A stretch of 56,960 bases of DNA from Campylobacterota bacterium (GCA_034661055.1 JAYEKO010000016.1:1-56960); one strand, 5' to 3'. Numbered from the stretch's first letter, positions 19,090 to 32,225 are shown. Notes: a model not told the origin generated them from the letters alone. Numbers and translations: made by a program.

Positions 19090-21909
19090 CTATGCTTTAT
19101 AAATTTTAACAGCACATTTTTTAAAGTCTGTCTGTTTTGATTGCGGACATGTTGCATCAAGACATACTTTATTAATAAATACTTTTTCATCAAACCATGG
19201 TACAAATACTAAACCACGGCTAGGTCTGTTACGTCCACGAGTCTCAACACGCGCTTTAACTTTACCACGACGAGATTCAACCCAACAGAGTCCACCTTGT
19301 TTAAGACCTTTGTCTTTCGCATCTTGTGGGTGCATGTAACATAATGCTTCAGGAACCGCACGATATAACTCAGGTACACGCATAGTCATTGTTCCAGAGT
19401 GCCAGTGCTCTAACACACGACCGGTACTTAACCATAGTGGATACTCTTCATTTGGCATTTCTGGTGGATCCATGTACGGACGTGCAAAGATTTTAGCTTT
19501 GTTTTTAAGTGATTTTTTGGTTTTGTCTTTAATGCCGTTTAAATCACCTTGCATTAGTGCTTTAGCTAACGTACCATAGAATGCGTGAGAGTTGTTTGTT
19601 CCCGCTTTTTTGTTAGCTTTTGCAGCATATGGATCGTACTTAACGTTAAATCTCCACTGAGTCTCTTTACCATCAACAACTGGCCATTTAAGTCCACGAA
19701 CTTTATGGTAGGTATCAAAGTCAGCCAAGTCATGCGCATGACCACGACCAAATTCTGCATACTCTTCAAAAAGATATTTATGAATATGGAAACCATAACC
19801 TTTCCACTCTTTACCATCAGAACCAATAACACCACGACTGTCACCGTTACACTCAGTGTCATCATAACCAGCATTAATTGGGTCATCCATGACTTTTGGA
19901 AATTTCTTACCGCCTTGCTCAAAAAGAATCTCATACATAGTAGTGTTAGCAGTGTAACCCATTGCATAAGCAGCTTTTCTAACATCTGCAAGTTTTTTAT
20001 TACCACGAAGGTTTTGTGGTCCCCAAACATCATCAACAGTAAAACGCTTAGAAAGCTCAACCCACTGCCAAGTATCAGACATTGCATCACCTACCGGAAG
20101 TACTTGTTGTCTCCAGTGTTGTGTACGACGCTCTGCATTACCGTATGCTCCCCATTTCTCATAGATCATCGCTGATGGTAAGATAAGGTCAGAAACTTTT
20201 GCTGAGATACCTGGGTATCCGTCAGAAGTAACAATGAAGTTATCCATCTCACGAGCTGCTTTAATCCAGTGACTTGCAGATGCAGTATCTTGGTAAGGAT
20301 TACAAACATTTACCCATGCAAATTTAACAACACCATCTTCAATATCACGGTGAATTTTCATAATGTGCTGATTACCTACAGGATTAAGTGTTCCATTAGG
20401 AATTTTCCATGCATCTTCAGTAATTTTTCTGTGTTTTGGATTTTTAACCATCATATCTGCAGGCAGACGGTGACAGAAAGTTCCAACTTCACGAGCAGTA
20501 CCACACGCTGAAGGCTGTCCAGTTAGTGAGAACGCACCATTACCTGGTAATGCTTGTTTGTTAAGTAAGAAGTGAACATTGTAAGAAAGTGTATTTACCC
20601 AAGTACCACGTGTATGTTGATTCATACCCATAGTCCAGAAAGATACTACTTTTCTTCCTTTTTCAATATACATGTCAGCTAAAGCTTTAAGTTTTTTACC
20701 ATAAGCTTCTACAGACTCATCTGGATCACCTTTTGCAATATTTGCTACATAGTCAAGTGTATATGGCGCAAGGAATTTTTTGTACTCTTCAAAAGAGATT
20801 TCCCAGTGCTTAAGACCAGCAGGCTTATTAACCATAACGTCACCGGCTTTGTAACCATAAGGAGCAAGAGCAGGTGCTTCTTTTTCAGAAACAACGTGTT
20901 TCATCTCTTGATTAATTGTCTCCATCTCTTTAGCAGTATATTTGCCATCTTTAAGAGATTTTTCACCAGCACGTCTCATACCGTAACCCATATTTACAGG
21001 TGACGCACAGAAAATCATATGATTTTTAACAAATTCCCAATCAATTGCTTCAGGGTGATTGTACACGATCTCACGAGCAATGTAGTTCCAAAGAGCAAGG
21101 TCAGTATTTGGTGAGAAAATAATCTCAATATCAGCTAAATCTGATGTTCTATGACGATATGTTGAAATATTTACAACTTTTACACGATCTGGATCTGAAA
21201 GTTTACGATCGGTAACACGTGACCAGAGAATCGGGTGCATCTCTGCCATGTTTGAACCCCAAGATACAACAGTATCTGTTAGCTCAATATCATCATAACA
21301 GCCAGAAGGTTCATCAATACCAAATGTCTGATAGAAACCAACAACCGCTGATGCCATACAGTGACGCGCATTAGGGTCAATAGCGTTTGAACGGAATCCA
21401 CCTTTCATTAGTTTTTGAGCAGCATAACCTTCCATAACAGTGTATTGCCCAGAAGCAAATACCGCTACACCCTCAGGTCCGCTAGCTTTAAGAGCTTTTC
21501 TAATGTTAGCTTCCATCTCATCAAAAGCACGCTCCCAAGAAACAGGACGGAATTTACCGTGCTTATCAAATTTACCATTAGCATCTACTCTTAGTAGTGG
21601 TGTTTTAAGACGGTCTGCACCGTACATAATCTTGGCATTAAAGTACCCCTTAATACAGTTAAGACCACGATTAACCGGAGCTGCTGGATCCCCTTTAACA
21701 GCAACGATCTTACCACCTTTAGTTGCAAGCATAATACCACACCCTGTACCACAGAATCGACATGCTGCCTTATCCCATCTCCAGTCGCTTTGTGCAGCGC
21801 TAGATTTGGCCTCTAAATCACTCGGAACAGCCATACCAATAGCTGCTGCAGCTGATGCTGCTGCCGAACTTTTCAGAAAATCTCTACGTGAAATTGACAT
21901 CTTTGACAT
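19090..21909 (-). CDS. napA: Periplasmic nitrate reductase catalytic subunit
   Basis: Tat signal [16 protein letters not shown] and [10 protein letters not shown]. Start moved from 21981 to ATG 21909, which follows an AAGGAG RBS. Confidence 0.97.
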   Translation of the reverse strand: MSKMSISRRDFLKSSAAASAAAAIGMAVPSDLEAKSSAAQSDWRWDKAACRFCGTGCGIMLATKGGKIVAVKGDPAAPVNRGLNCIKGYFNAKIMYGADRLKTPLLRVDANGKFDKHGKFRPVSWERAFDEMEANIRKALKASGPEGVAVFASGQYTVMEGYAAQKLMKGGFRSNAIDPNARHCMASAVVGFYQTFGIDEPSGCYDDIELTDTVVSWGSNMAEMHPILWSRVTDRKLSDPDRVKVVNISTYRHRTSDLADIEIIFSPNTDLALWNYIAREIVYNHPEAIDWEFVKNHMIFCASPVNMGYGMRRAGEKSLKDGKYTAKEMETINQEMKHVVSEKEAPALAPYGYKAGDVMVNKPAGLKHWEISFEEYKKFLAPYTLDYVANIAKGDPDESVEAYGKKLKALADMYIEKGRKVVSFWTMGMNQHTRGTWVNTLSYNVHFLLNKQALPGNGAFSLTGQPSACGTAREVGTFCHRLPADMMVKNPKHRKITEDAWKIPNGTLNPVGNQHIMKIHRDIEDGVVKFAWVNVCNPYQDTASASHWIKAAREMDNFIVTSDGYPGISAKVSDLILPSAMIYEKWGAYGNAERRTQHWRQQVLPVGDAMSDTWQWVELSKRFTVDDVWGPQNLRGNKKLADVRKAAYAMGYTANTTMYEILFEQGGKKFPKVMDDPINAGYDDTECNGDSRGVIGSDGKEWKGYGFHIHKYLFEEYAEFGRGHAHDLADFDTYHKVRGLKWPVVDGKETQWRFNVKYDPYAAKANKKAGTNNSHAFYGTLAKALMQGDLNGIKDKTKKSLKNKAKIFARPYMDPPEMPNEEYPLWLSTGRVLEHWHSGTMTMRVPELYRAVPEALCYMHPQDAKDKGLKQGGLCWVESRRGKVKARVETRGRNRPSRGLVFVPWFDEKVFINKVCLDATCPQSKQTDFKKCAVKIYKA

Positions 21910-21939
21910 CTTCTCTCCTTTTTTTTCGAGTCGGAAAAG

Positions 21940-21981
21940 ATTATAACTATAAGAGCAGTATATAATCTTGACATCAGTCAA
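21940..21981 (-). promoter_or_regulatory. nap promoter: TATAAT -10 plus an Fnr/Nss-type box centred at -41.5
   Basis: Palindrome TTGAC-ATCA-GTCAA at 21968-21981 and minus-strand gtTATAAT at 21945-21940. Confidence 0.75.
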
Positions 21982-22082
21982 ATTTTTTAAATTTTAATTA
22001 AGGATAAAATTTGTCTTGTTTTACAGGTAAAAATTTAAATTATCTTGTATAATTGCACCATTATTTTACATAAAGGTACAAA

Positions 22083-22589
22083 ATGTTTGGAAGAGAACCA
22101 ATGAAAGAATATGACTACACTGCAGAAGAAATCGCAAAGTTTGCATGGGCAAAGATGACAACTTCTAAAGGTGTTATGTGGCTTAAGCTTTATGGAGATG
22201 AGACGCCAAATACGGTTGCTAATTTTGCAACACTAGTTAATGACGGTTTCTACAATGATTTAGCATTTCACCGTGTTATCCCAGGTTTTATGGCTCAAGG
22301 TGGCTGTCCGCATGGAACAGGAACAGGTGGTCCAGGCTGGGCAATTGAGTGTGAAACATCACAAAACATACATAAACATGTAAAAGGAACGCTTTCAATG
22401 GCTCATGCCGGTCCAAATACAGGTGGTTCACAGTTTTTTATCTGTTTTGTACCTTGTGGTCACCTTGATGGTGTACATACTGTTTATGGTGGAATCGAAG
22501 AAAATGATGCTGACTCAATGGCAGTTTTAGACAGCATTGATGGCAGTGACAAAATTGAAACTGTAGAAATTTTAGCAGAACGTGCATAA
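22083..22589 (+). CDS. Cyclophilin-type peptidyl-prolyl isomerase
   Basis: Motifs FHRVIPGFMAQGG, GTLSMAHAG and GSQFFI. Confidence 0.95.
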   Translation: MFGREPMKEYDYTAEEIAKFAWAKMTTSKGVMWLKLYGDETPNTVANFATLVNDGFYNDLAFHRVIPGFMAQGGCPHGTGTGGPGWAIECETSQNIHKHVKGTLSMAHAGPNTGGSQFFICFVPCGHLDGVHTVYGGIEENDADSMAVLDSIDGSDKIETVEILAERA

Positions 22590-22595
22590 TCACTA

Positions 22596-23681
22596 ATGTT
22601 AGTTCATATTTGCTGTAGTGTTGACTCTCATTTCTTCTTAGAGAAACTACAGGCAGATTATCCGCAAGAGAAGCTTACGGGCTTCTTTTATGACCCCAAT
22701 ATTCACCCTTACTCAGAATATCGTTTACGTTACTTAGATGTCCAAAGAAGTTGTAAAAAACTTGGTATCGATTTAATTGAAGGTGAATACGACTATGAAA
22801 ACTGGCTTGAAGCTGTCCAAGGTTTAGAAAATGAACCTGAAAAGGGCAAGCGTTGTGAAGTCTGTTTTGATCGCCGTTTTGAAGTAAGCGCCAACAAGGC
22901 ACTGGAGTTGGGTGAGACTAAAATGACCACCACCCTCCTCGTCTCTCCACTAAAATCTCAAGAGCAACTCAAAGCAAGTGGTGATGCTTTTCATCAAAAA
23001 TATGGGGTTGAGTTTATTGCCGTAAACTATCGAGCAGATGGTGGAACTCAAGACCAATCCCGTGTTACTAAACAAGAGAGACTCTACCGACAAGATTATT
23101 GTGGTTGTCTTTTTGGACTCACCATACAGCGTGAACAGCAAAAGCGTATAATGGATGAGATGTTCTCTCCCATTTCTAACAGCACACTTCCAGCTTCTAT
23201 TGAAGAGCGTTTAGAGATGTATGAAAAGCGCATAAACCTTGAAGATGAAGGAGTTAGTTACCAAATTATCAAAGAGAAGTTTTTAAACTATCGACAATTT
23301 ACATGTAAATTAACTTTAGGGAAAAAAGAGCCAATTCCTGCCTACGCATTATGCTACTCTACCCTTCCAAGAAAAAGGGCACAAGGACGAATTGAAAACT
23401 CAATAAACAATATCTCCTACCTTAATCGAGAAGAGGTGAAATTTATTACCTTAAAACATTTTAACAATCTAGCAGATACCAACTATTTACATGTAAATGA
23501 ACTTATTTTTAACCCTCCTAGCTTTAATGATGAACTTCGTATTAGAAATACCATCATCAGCAGTCAGTTTGATCTTAGCCCTATTGTTATCGTTGAGACA
23601 ATTAGTGATAAAAAAATCACCTTAGAGCTTAATGCCAAAGTTTATGAAGACACTAAAGAGCGACTCATAACTAATTATTAA
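22596..23681 (+). CDS. queH: Epoxyqueuosine reductase QueH (DUF208) with C-terminal extension
   Basis: Motifs HICC, PNIHP..EY, RCEVCF and YRQDYCGC. Confidence 0.88.
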   Translation: MLVHICCSVDSHFFLEKLQADYPQEKLTGFFYDPNIHPYSEYRLRYLDVQRSCKKLGIDLIEGEYDYENWLEAVQGLENEPEKGKRCEVCFDRRFEVSANKALELGETKMTTTLLVSPLKSQEQLKASGDAFHQKYGVEFIAVNYRADGGTQDQSRVTKQERLYRQDYCGCLFGLTIQREQQKRIMDEMFSPISNSTLPASIEERLEMYEKRINLEDEGVSYQIIKEKFLNYRQFTCKLTLGKKEPIPAYALCYSTLPRKRAQGRIENSINNISYLNREEVKFITLKHFNNLADTNYLHVNELIFNPPSFNDELRIRNTIISSQFDLSPIVIVETISDKKITLELNAKVYEDTKERLITNY

Positions 23682-23735
23682 TCTTTTTTTAGATAAAATG
23701 TCTGAATTTTAGTTTGTAAAGGCAGATCAAACAGT

Positions 23736-24185
23736 ATGAAGATGAACGTAGAAGAGATTCAAAAAATTATTCCACACCGTTACCCATTTTTACTTTTAGA
23801 CAGAGTGACTGAAATTAAAGAAAATGAACTTTTAATCGGTTATAAAAATGTCACCATTGGTGATCAGATTTTTCAAGGGCACTTCCCAGGTCACCCTATT
23901 TACCCCGGCGTAATGATTTTAGAAGGTATGGCACAAGCAGGCGGTATCTTAGCATTTAAAAGCATGGTGGATTTAACGGAAGAAGAAGTTGCCAATAAAG
24001 TTGTCTATTTTATGAGTATTGATAAGGCAAAATTTAGAAGTCCTGTAACTCCTGGTGATCGTTTAGAGTACCGAATTGGTGTAATTAAACATCGCGGTAA
24101 CATCTGGGTACTAAAAGGTGAAGCTTATGTTGATGACAATATGGTCTCAGAGGCTGAACTTAAAGCGATGATTGTTGACAAGTAA
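23736..24185 (+). CDS. fabZ: 3-hydroxyacyl-ACP dehydratase
   Basis: Motifs [10 protein letters not shown] and [17 protein letters not shown]. Confidence 0.97.
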   Translation: MKMNVEEIQKIIPHRYPFLLLDRVTEIKENELLIGYKNVTIGDQIFQGHFPGHPIYPGVMILEGMAQAGGILAFKSMVDLTEEEVANKVVYFMSIDKAKFRSPVTPGDRLEYRIGVIKHRGNIWVLKGEAYVDDNMVSEAELKAMIVDK

Positions 24186-24194
24186 GGTTAAAAA

Positions 24195-24980
24195 ATGAGC
24201 AATATATCTCCTCACGCCATTATTGAAGATGGTGCACAAATTGGCAAGAACGTTGAAATCGCACCATTTTGTTTTATCTCTAAAGATAGTGTAATTGGTG
24301 ATGGCACGACCATTGCACAAAATACATGTATTTATGGTAAGACGACTATTGGTCGTAATAACCGTATTTTTTCACACTCTGTATTGGGTTCTATCCCGCA
24401 AGATTTAAAATTTGATGGCGAAGATGTAGAGCTTATCATTGGCGATGACAATACTATTCGTGAATTCACACTCTTTAATCCAGGAACCAAAGGTGGTGGT
24501 GGTAAAACCATTGTCGGTTCTCACAACCTTTTTATGGGCTATGTTCATTTAGGCCATGATGTTATCATTGCAAACCACTGCATCTTAGCCAATGCAGCAA
24601 CGCTTGCTGGTCACGTTGAGATGGGAGATTATGCCGTTATTGGTGGAATGACTCCTATTCATCAGTTTGTTCACATTGGTGACTACGCTATGGTTGGTGG
24701 CGCTTCAGCGCTTGCACAAGATGTGCCTCCTTACTGTATGGCAGAAGGAAATCGCGCATCATTACGTGGTCTTAATTTAACAGGTTTACGTCGCGCACTG
24801 CAACGCTCAGATATTGATGCTTTAAAAAGTGCATATAGAGATCTCTTTGAATCTGGCCAACCGCTTAAAGAGAGCGCATCGGAACTTTTAGAGACTATTG
24901 ATAATTTACATGTAAAAAATCTCTGTAACTTTGTTCTTAAAACAAAGCGCGGAATTCCATTTGAAAGGAAAAACTCATGA
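24195..24980 (+). CDS. lpxA: UDP-N-acetylglucosamine acyltransferase
   Basis: Hexapeptide repeats, PQDLKF and HLGHD; follows fabZ. Confidence 0.97.
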   Translation: MSNISPHAIIEDGAQIGKNVEIAPFCFISKDSVIGDGTTIAQNTCIYGKTTIGRNNRIFSHSVLGSIPQDLKFDGEDVELIIGDDNTIREFTLFNPGTKGGGGKTIVGSHNLFMGYVHLGHDVIIANHCILANAATLAGHVEMGDYAVIGGMTPIHQFVHIGDYAMVGGASALAQDVPPYCMAEGNRASLRGLNLTGLRRALQRSDIDALKSAYRDLFESGQPLKESASELLETIDNLHVKNLCNFVLKTKRGIPFERKNS

Positions 24981-26215
24981 TGCATCGACACTGTAGCTTC
25001 TGTGAAGCAAAAGAGAGTGATGAGAACCCACTAATTGCAGGAAATGGTGTTTACATATGTAAAAACTGTGTCTTCTCTGCTTATAAGATTATGTTTGGAG
25101 ATGAAGCCCTCACACCTGAAGATGAAGCCAAACTTGATGCTGTAGCAGAACTTCTCACTCCAAAAGAGATGAATGAGTTTTTAGGCCAATATGTCATTGG
25201 TCAAGAGAAAGCTCGTAAACTACTTTCGGTTGCGGTCTATAATCACTATAAACGTATCTTTAAAGCGTCAAAAATTGAAGATGACGATACTGAAATTGCA
25301 AAGTCCAATGTCCTTCTTATTGGTCCAACAGGAAGTGGTAAAACACTTATGGCGCAAACGATTGCTCGCGTTCTTAATGTTCCAATTGCAATCGCAGATG
25401 CGACAAGCCTTACCGAAGCAGGCTATGTGGGCGAAGATGTTGAAAATATTTTAACGAAACTTCTGCAGGCTGCCGATGGGGATGTTGAACGTGCACAACA
25501 AGGAATTCTCTTTATTGACGAGATCGATAAAATCTCACGTATGAGTGAAAATCGTTCTATTACAAGAGATGTCTCCGGTGAAGGAGTACAGCAGGCGCTA
25601 CTAAAAATCGTAGAAGGGTCTATTGTAAATATTCCACCAAAAGGTGGTCGTAAGCACCCTAACCAAGATTTTATTCAACTCGACACGACAGGTATTTTAT
25701 TTATTTGTGGTGGAGCATTTGATGGTCTAAAAGAGATTGTTCAGAAAAAACAAGGTAATAACGTTCTGGGCTTTGGACATGATAAAAAGACAAAATCAGA
25801 GCAAGAAGCCACTTATGATATGGTAGAGCCTGATGATCTTATTCATTATGGTGTTATTCCTGAGCTTATTGGACGGCTTCCAATTATTGCATCACTTAGT
25901 GAGATTAGTGAAGAGGATATGGTTCGTATTTTACAAGAGCCCAAGAACTCACTTATTAAACAGTACACTAAACTCTTTGCCATCGATGATGTGGAACTCT
26001 CATTTGAAGACGATGCACTCCGTGCCATTGCTGCAAAGTCTATTGCTCGCAAAACCGGTGCACGTGGGCTACGTGCCATTTTAGAAGAGATTATGATAGA
26101 TGTTATGTATGAACTTCCAGAGTTTAACGGTTACGAAATTGTTATCACCAAAGAGGTTGTCACTGAAGGTGAAAAGCCTCTATATATTAAAAACTCTAAA
26201 CAAAAAACGGCATAA
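24977..26215 (+). CDS. clpX: ATP-dependent Clp protease ATPase subunit
   Basis: C4 zinc finger, [21 protein letters not shown] and RKHP. Confidence 0.97.
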   Translation: MMHRHCSFCEAKESDENPLIAGNGVYICKNCVFSAYKIMFGDEALTPEDEAKLDAVAELLTPKEMNEFLGQYVIGQEKARKLLSVAVYNHYKRIFKASKIEDDDTEIAKSNVLLIGPTGSGKTLMAQTIARVLNVPIAIADATSLTEAGYVGEDVENILTKLLQAADGDVERAQQGILFIDEIDKISRMSENRSITRDVSGEGVQQALLKIVEGSIVNIPPKGGRKHPNQDFIQLDTTGILFICGGAFDGLKEIVQKKQGNNVLGFGHDKKTKSEQEATYDMVEPDDLIHYGVIPELIGRLPIIASLSEISEEDMVRILQEPKNSLIKQYTKLFAIDDVELSFEDDALRAIAAKSIARKTGARGLRAILEEIMIDVMYELPEFNGYEIVITKEVVTEGEKPLYIKNSKQKTA

Positions 26216-26223
26216 GGAACTCA

Positions 26224-27261
26224 ATGTTTTTAAATAAACTCATCGGTATGTTTTCAAACGATCTCTCCATAGATTTAGGAACAGCAAATACAATTGTTAT
26301 TGCAAAAGGTCAAGGAATTGTCATTAATGAACCTTCTGTTGTAGCAGTTAAAACAGAAAAATTTGGTATTCAAAAGGTACTAGCAGTTGGTCGTGAAGCT
26401 AAAGAGATGGTAGGTAAGACCCCTGGTAATATTAAAGCCATTAGACCTATGAGAGATGGTGTTATAGCCGACTTTGATATGACAGAGCAGATGATTCGAA
26501 AGTTTGTTGAAAAAGCTCACGGTCGCTCATCATTTATAAGCCCTCGAATTATTATCTGTGTTCCTTATGGTCTTACACAAGTTGAAAGAAAAGCGGTACG
26601 GGAATCGGCTATGAGTGCCGGTGCTCGTGAAGTATTTTTAATTGAAGAGCCAATGGCTGCAGCCATTGGTGCAGGTGTCGATATTCGTGAGCCTCAAGGA
26701 AGCCTTGTTGTAGACATTGGTGGAGGAACTACTGAAATCGGTGTTGTATCACTTGGTGGTCTTGTACTCTCAAAGTCAATACGCATTGCAGGTGATAACT
26801 TTGACAAATCTATTGTCGATTACGTTAAACGCAAATACAACCTTCTTATTGGTGAGCGAAGTGGTGAAGAGATTAAAATTGAGATTGCTACAGCACTTCC
26901 TCTTGATACTGATCTAAAAAAGATTATAACAGGTCGCGATCAGATTGAAGGACTTCTTAGTTCCATTGAACTCACTTCAGAAGATGCACGTGAAGCGATG
27001 AAAGAACCTTTAAAAGAGATCTCTGAAGCACTTAAAGAGGTACTAGAGAAGATGCCGCCAGACTTAGCTGGTGATATTGTCAATAACGGAATTATCTTAA
27101 CTGGAGGAGGTGCTCTCATTCGACAATTAGATAAGTACCTCTCTGATATTGTTAAAATTCCTGTTTTTATTGCAGAAGAACCACTTTTAGCAGTAGCACT
27201 TGGAACCGGTAAAGCTCTTGAAGAGATAGACCTGCTGCAAGAACTTTTCGAAGATGAATAG
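26224..27261 (+). CDS. mreB: Rod shape-determining protein MreB
   Basis: Motifs IDLGTANT, EEPMAAAIG and DIGGGTTE. Confidence 0.97.
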   Translation: MFLNKLIGMFSNDLSIDLGTANTIVIAKGQGIVINEPSVVAVKTEKFGIQKVLAVGREAKEMVGKTPGNIKAIRPMRDGVIADFDMTEQMIRKFVEKAHGRSSFISPRIIICVPYGLTQVERKAVRESAMSAGAREVFLIEEPMAAAIGAGVDIREPQGSLVVDIGGGTTEIGVVSLGGLVLSKSIRIAGDNFDKSIVDYVKRKYNLLIGERSGEEIKIEIATALPLDTDLKKIITGRDQIEGLLSSIELTSEDAREAMKEPLKEISEALKEVLEKMPPDLAGDIVNNGIILTGGGALIRQLDKYLSDIVKIPVFIAEEPLLAVALGTGKALEEIDLLQELFEDE

Positions 27262-28015
27262 AAAGCTCTCCAGCTTTTTACTCATATTTGCAATACTTTT
27301 AAGTTTTGCGCTCAACTATAACAGCGCCCTGCAAAAACCTATAATTAGTTATTTAAATAGTATTAAATATTTTTATCACAATACAATCACTACTATTAAC
27401 GAGACCATAAATCAACATTTTTATCAACGAGACAACATTATACAGCTTCAAAAAAAATTAAAGCTTTATGAGAAAAATCATCTTATATCGCATCAGATAG
27501 CAAGTGAACTAAATAGACTTTATCAGGAAAATAATGCAACATTTAATGCAAATCCTAATGTTGAACTAGCACAAGGGCTCTCTTATGTCACTTTAGGAGA
27601 TATGAACAAGCTATGGCTTCATATGAACGATTTTAATAGCTCAAAAATCTATGGTCTTGTTTATAAAGAACACAGTGCAGGAATTGTTATTTCAAAAAAC
27701 TCTCAACCTTTAGCACTTTTAAATAGTGATCCAAAGTGTACCTATGCGGTCTCTATTGGGAGCAACAGAGTACCTGGTATTATTCACGGGACTAATCAAG
27801 AAGAGATGTATGTTGAATTCATTCCATCATGGATGAAAATTAAAGTTGGTGACGAAGTTCACACTTCAGGGCTTGACAATCTATTTTTCAGTAATATCTT
27901 AGTAGGTAGAGTCACTGCAATTAGCCAAGCGCAAGGGTATCAAAATGCTACTGTACTCCCCTATTTCAAAGATAGAGAGGCAGGATACTTTCACGTTATA
28001 AAAAACATAAGATAA
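27254..28015 (+). CDS. mreC: Rod shape-determining protein MreC
   Basis: N-terminal TM, GDEVHTSGLD motif, overlaps the mreB stop. Confidence 0.88.
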   Translation: MNRKLSSFLLIFAILLSFALNYNSALQKPIISYLNSIKYFYHNTITTINETINQHFYQRDNIIQLQKKLKLYEKNHLISHQIASELNRLYQENNATFNANPNVELAQGLSYVTLGDMNKLWLHMNDFNSSKIYGLVYKEHSAGIVISKNSQPLALLNSDPKCTYAVSIGSNRVPGIIHGTNQEEMYVEFIPSWMKIKVGDEVHTSGLDNLFFSNILVGRVTAISQAQGYQNATVLPYFKDREAGYFHVIKNIR

Positions 28016-28085
28016 TTCCACTTCTCATCAACTTTTAAGTGCTTTTTACCTATAATATCCAAATTTTAAAGATCCAAGGGTAAGC

Positions 28086-31000
28086 ATGCCAAAACGTGAC
28101 GATATTAAAACTATTTTACTCATAGGTTCAGGTCCGATTGTAATCGGTCAAGCCTGTGAATTTGACTATTCAGGAACACAAGCTGTTAAGACTTTAAAAG
28201 AGTTGGGCTACCGTGTTGTACTCATTAACTCCAATCCAGCAACTATTATGACTGATCCGGAATTTGCAGACAGAACTTATGTTGAGCCAATTAAAGAAGA
28301 GGTTATAGCACAGATTATTACAAATGAAAATGTTGATGCAGTACTTCCTACCATGGGTGGTCAAACAGCGCTTAATGTCGCTATGAGCATGCATGAAAAA
28401 GGGATGTTAGAAGGCATTGAGATTCTTGGTGCTAAGCCTGAAGCTATTAAAAAAGGTGAAGACCGTCAAGAGTTTAAAGAAGCAATGATTAAGTTAGGAA
28501 TGGATCTTCCTCACTCAAAATATGCTCACAACATGGATGAAGCGTTAGATGCAGCTGATGCTATCGGTTTTCCAATTATTATTCGTGCTTCATTTACATT
28601 AGCAGGTGGCGGAAGTGGTGTTGCTTATAACATTGATGAATTTAAAGAGTTAGCACAACGTGGTCTTGATGAGAGCCCAATAACTGAAATTTTAATTGAA
28701 GAGTCTCTTCTTGGTTGGAAAGAGTATGAGATGGAAGTTATTCGTGACCGAGTCGATAACTGCATTATTATCTGTTCAATTGAGAACTTTGATCCTATGG
28801 GTGTTCATACCGGCGACTCTATTACTGTGGCACCTGCACTGACATTAACCGATAAAGAGTACCAGAGAATGCGTGATGCCTCTTTTGATATCTTGCGTGA
28901 AGTAGGCGTAGATACCGGTGGATCAAATGTACAGTTCTCAATCGACCCTAAAACGGGGCGTATGATTGTTATTGAGATGAATCCTCGTGTCTCTCGCTCT
29001 TCTGCTCTTGCATCTAAAGCAACTGGTTACCCTATTGCAAAAGTAGCAACACTTTTAGCTGTTGGCTTTACCCTTGATGAGATTACTAATGATATTACTG
29101 GAACACCTGCGAGTTTTGAGCCGGTAATCGATTATGTTGTGACAAAGCTACCACGTTTTACTTTTGAAAAGTTCCCTGAAGCTGAAAGTACCCTTTCAAC
29201 CAGTATGAAATCTGTTGGTGAGGTTATGGCAATTGGTCGCACCTTTAAAGAGTCAATGCAAAAAGCCCTCTGCTCATTAGAGACTGACCTTTGTGGTTTT
29301 GATCCAATTGATGGTGACATTGACTTCATTAAACATGAGATTCGCAGAAGCAATGCAGAACGTATGCTTTACGTAGCTGAAGGGTTTAGACGCGGACTAG
29401 ATGTAGAAGATATCTTTAATCTATGCGCCATTGACCCATGGTTTCTTTACCAACTTGAGGAATTAATAGCAGTTGAAAATACTCTTGATATTGATCTCTT
29501 AAATGATGAAGAGAAGTTCCGTGATGCTAAAGTAGATGGTTTTTCAGATAAGAACATTGCTCGTTTAATTAATAAAAATTCAAATGTAAACCTAAGTGAA
29601 AATGATGTTTATGAAGCACGAAAACGTCTTGGTATCGCACTAGAGTACAATGAAGTTGACACCTGTGCTGCTGAATTTGAAGCCCTAACACCATACCTCT
29701 ATTCAACCACCAACATAACAAAACTTCCCAATATCACCAATCGTGTAAGTGATAAGAAAAAAGTGATGATTCTTGGGGGTGGACCAAACCGTATTGGTCA
29801 GGGAATTGAGTTTGATTACTGTTGTGTTCATGCTGCCTTTGCTCTAAAAGACATGGGCATAGAGACTATTATGTACAACTGTAATCCTGAAACGGTTTCA
29901 ACAGATTATGATACTTCTGATGTACTCTATTTTGAGCCAATTGATTTTGAACATGTTCGCTCTGTTATTGATAATGAACAGCCAGATGGAATTATTGTTC
30001 ACTTTGGAGGACAAACGCCTCTAAAACTTGCCAATGCGCTAACAGCAATTGGAGCAAAAATCTCTGGAACATCTGCAAAAGTCATTGATTTAGCAGAAGA
30101 TAGAGAGAAATTCTCTGCATTTGTAGAAGAGCATCAGCTCAAGCAGCCAGAAAACGGTATTGCTACAACTAAAGAACAGGCAGTAAGTGTTGCTACAACA
30201 CTAGGCTATCCCGTTTTAGTACGTCCCTCTTTTGTTCTTGGTGGACGTGCTATGCGCATTGTCTACAACAAGAGTGAACTACAGCAGTATATGGATGAAG
30301 CAGTATCTGTAAGCAATGACGCTCCTGTTCTTGTCGATAAATTCTTAGATCAAGCTATTGAGCTAGATGTTGATGCTATTTCTGATGGAAATGAAGTTTA
30401 TATCGGTTCGGTAATGCAACATATTGAAGAGGCTGGTATACACTCAGGTGATAGCGCCTGCTCGCTTCCTCCAATGAATCTATCTAGTGAACTAATTTTA
30501 GAGGTAGAACGTCAAACTAAAAAAATTGCGCTCGGACTTGGTGTTATTGGACTTATGAATATTCAGTATGCCATCTACAAAGATGAGATTTATCTTATTG
30601 AAGTAAACCCTAGAGCATCACGCACCGTTCCATTTGTATCTAAAGCAACTGGAATGCCTCTAGCAAAAGTGGCAACACGTGTTATGATGGGAGAAACCAT
30701 TAGAGATGCTCTTAAATTCTATGACCGCTACAATATAGTTGATGAGGGTAACAGTGTCTTAAAACCTCGTCTTAAAGGTCATGTCGCACTTAAAGAAGCA
30801 GTATTTCCATTTAACAAGCTCTACGGAGCTGACCTAGTGCTTTCACCTGAGATGAAATCTACCGGTGAAGTTATGGGAATCAGTTCAAACTTTGGTGTCA
30901 GTTTTGCTAAGTCTCAGATGGCTGCTGGAAATATTATACCTACAAGTGGAACCTGTTTCTTGTCTTTCATTGATATGGATAAAGAGCATGCTCCAGAAAT

Positions 31001-31343
31001 TGCTCGTGGACTACATGAGAATGGCTTTAAACTAGTTGCTACTGGTGGTACACAGAAGATTATTGAAGAAGCTGGTATTCCTTGCGAACGTGTTCTTAAA
31101 ATCTCTGAGGGTCGTCCAAACATTGAAGATATCATGAAAAATGGTGATATAGATATGGCTATTAACACTTCTGATAATAATACCTCTAAAAAAGATGCTG
31201 TCGTCATTCGTCAAATTGTTCTGAGTCGAAAAATTCCATATTTTACAACACTCTCTGCTGCACGTGCAACCATTGCTGCCCTCTCGCATATGGATGATGA
31301 CTCTTGGAATAAGCCCCAAGCACTGCAAGACTTTTTAGACTAA
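28086..31343 (+). CDS. carB: Carbamoyl-phosphate synthase large subunit
   Basis: [17 protein letters not shown], duplicated ATP-grasp halves and an MGS domain. Confidence 0.98.
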   Translation: MPKRDDIKTILLIGSGPIVIGQACEFDYSGTQAVKTLKELGYRVVLINSNPATIMTDPEFADRTYVEPIKEEVIAQIITNENVDAVLPTMGGQTALNVAMSMHEKGMLEGIEILGAKPEAIKKGEDRQEFKEAMIKLGMDLPHSKYAHNMDEALDAADAIGFPIIIRASFTLAGGGSGVAYNIDEFKELAQRGLDESPITEILIEESLLGWKEYEMEVIRDRVDNCIIICSIENFDPMGVHTGDSITVAPALTLTDKEYQRMRDASFDILREVGVDTGGSNVQFSIDPKTGRMIVIEMNPRVSRSSALASKATGYPIAKVATLLAVGFTLDEITNDITGTPASFEPVIDYVVTKLPRFTFEKFPEAESTLSTSMKSVGEVMAIGRTFKESMQKALCSLETDLCGFDPIDGDIDFIKHEIRRSNAERMLYVAEGFRRGLDVEDIFNLCAIDPWFLYQLEELIAVENTLDIDLLNDEEKFRDAKVDGFSDKNIARLINKNSNVNLSENDVYEARKRLGIALEYNEVDTCAAEFEALTPYLYSTTNITKLPNITNRVSDKKKVMILGGGPNRIGQGIEFDYCCVHAAFALKDMGIETIMYNCNPETVSTDYDTSDVLYFEPIDFEHVRSVIDNEQPDGIIVHFGGQTPLKLANALTAIGAKISGTSAKVIDLAEDREKFSAFVEEHQLKQPENGIATTKEQAVSVATTLGYPVLVRPSFVLGGRAMRIVYNKSELQQYMDEAVSVSNDAPVLVDKFLDQAIELDVDAISDGNEVYIGSVMQHIEEAGIHSGDSACSLPPMNLSSELILEVERQTKKIALGLGVIGLMNIQYAIYKDEIYLIEVNPRASRTVPFVSKATGMPLAKVATRVMMGETIRDALKFYDRYNIVDEGNSVLKPRLKGHVALKEAVFPFNKLYGADLVLSPEMKSTGEVMGISSNFGVSFAKSQMAAGNIIPTSGTCFLSFIDMDKEHAPEIARGLHENGFKLVATGGTQKIIEEAGIPCERVLKISEGRPNIEDIMKNGDIDMAINTSDNNTSKKDAVVIRQIVLSRKIPYFTTLSAARATIAALSHMDDDSWNKPQALQDFLD

Positions 31344-31344
31344 A

Positions 31345-31782
31345 ATGATTAAAAAGGTGCTCCTAGCACAAACCGACACCACTGTCGGTTTTTTATCTCA
31401 AAGTGCATCTAAACTCAGCTTAATAAAACAGCGTAGCTCAAGTAAACCTTTTGTACGTGTATTTAGCAGTTTCACCTCGCTTAAAAAGCATAATATACGC
31501 GTACCTTCTTCTCACAAAAAGATGCTTCGTCGCAGTAGAAAAACTACATGTATTTCTAAAAATTGTGCGTTTCGTATTGTTAAAGAATCACCTCACAATC
31601 TTCTTCTAGATAAATTTAACTTTCTCTACTCAACTTCTGCAAATGAGAGTGGTTCATCATATGATGAGACATTTTGTTATAACAGTAGTGATATAATAGT
31701 ACAAGACGCTAGAGGACTTTATGAAGCAGCACCCTCATGCATCATTAAGTTAGGGAAAAAAAAGGTAAGGAGAGTTCGATGA
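31345..31782 (+). CDS. Short Sua5/YrdC-family protein
   Basis: Motifs QTDTTVG, KQR...KP and STSAN. Confidence 0.8.
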   Translation: MIKKVLLAQTDTTVGFLSQSASKLSLIKQRSSSKPFVRVFSSFTSLKKHNIRVPSSHKKMLRRSRKTTCISKNCAFRIVKESPHNLLLDKFNFLYSTSANESGSSYDETFCYNSSDIIVQDARGLYEAAPSCIIKLGKKKVRRVR

Positions 31783-32225
31783 GTAAATTTGTATTGGCCT
31801 TATTGGCAGGGGTTTTTTTCACTTTTATTTTAGATTTTTTTCTCTTTTTAAGTTTTAAACTGCACTATATTGATTTATATGAAATAGATGTCTATTACAA
31901 CATATTATTTGCTGATAACCAAAATATTTTTATCTATTTAATGCTTACATTTATTTTAGGCTATTTAGTTATCTACTTTGAGGACATGAAAATAGTAGCA
32001 TCAATTTTAGGGCTGCTTTTTTTAACAGTGTTAACACTAAATTTTATCCCATCATTGGGTCAATATGTTGCAAAAAGTGTGTTAATGAAAAAAGGTCAGC
32101 GTATCTTTGACGGTAAACATATCTACAAAGGTGATATCTACTACAACGATAGAGATAAAATTTACATGTACGACATAGAGATTCAGAAATTAATTACAAT
32201 TAATAAAAAGGATATTAAAGAGTGA
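31779..32225 (+). CDS. Hypothetical membrane protein
   Basis: Three hydrophobic segments; ATGA/GTGA overlaps with both neighbours. Confidence 0.75.
   Translation: MSKFVLALLAGVFFTFILDFFLFLSFKLHYIDLYEIDVYYNILFADNQNIFIYLMLTFILGYLVIYFEDMKIVASILGLLFLTVLTLNFIPSLGQYVAKSVLMKKGQRIFDGKHIYKGDIYYNDRDKIYMYDIEIQKLITINKKDIKE

Noticed and set aside
19566..21946. Several 65-196 aa alternative-frame or antisense ORFs within napA
   Set aside because: Shadow ORFs of a codon-biased gene, with no RBS or recognisable motifs.
21910..21981. N-terminal extension of NapA in the ORF track
   Set aside because: It covers the promoter, Fnr-type box and RBS. The Tat signal and SD support ATG 21909.
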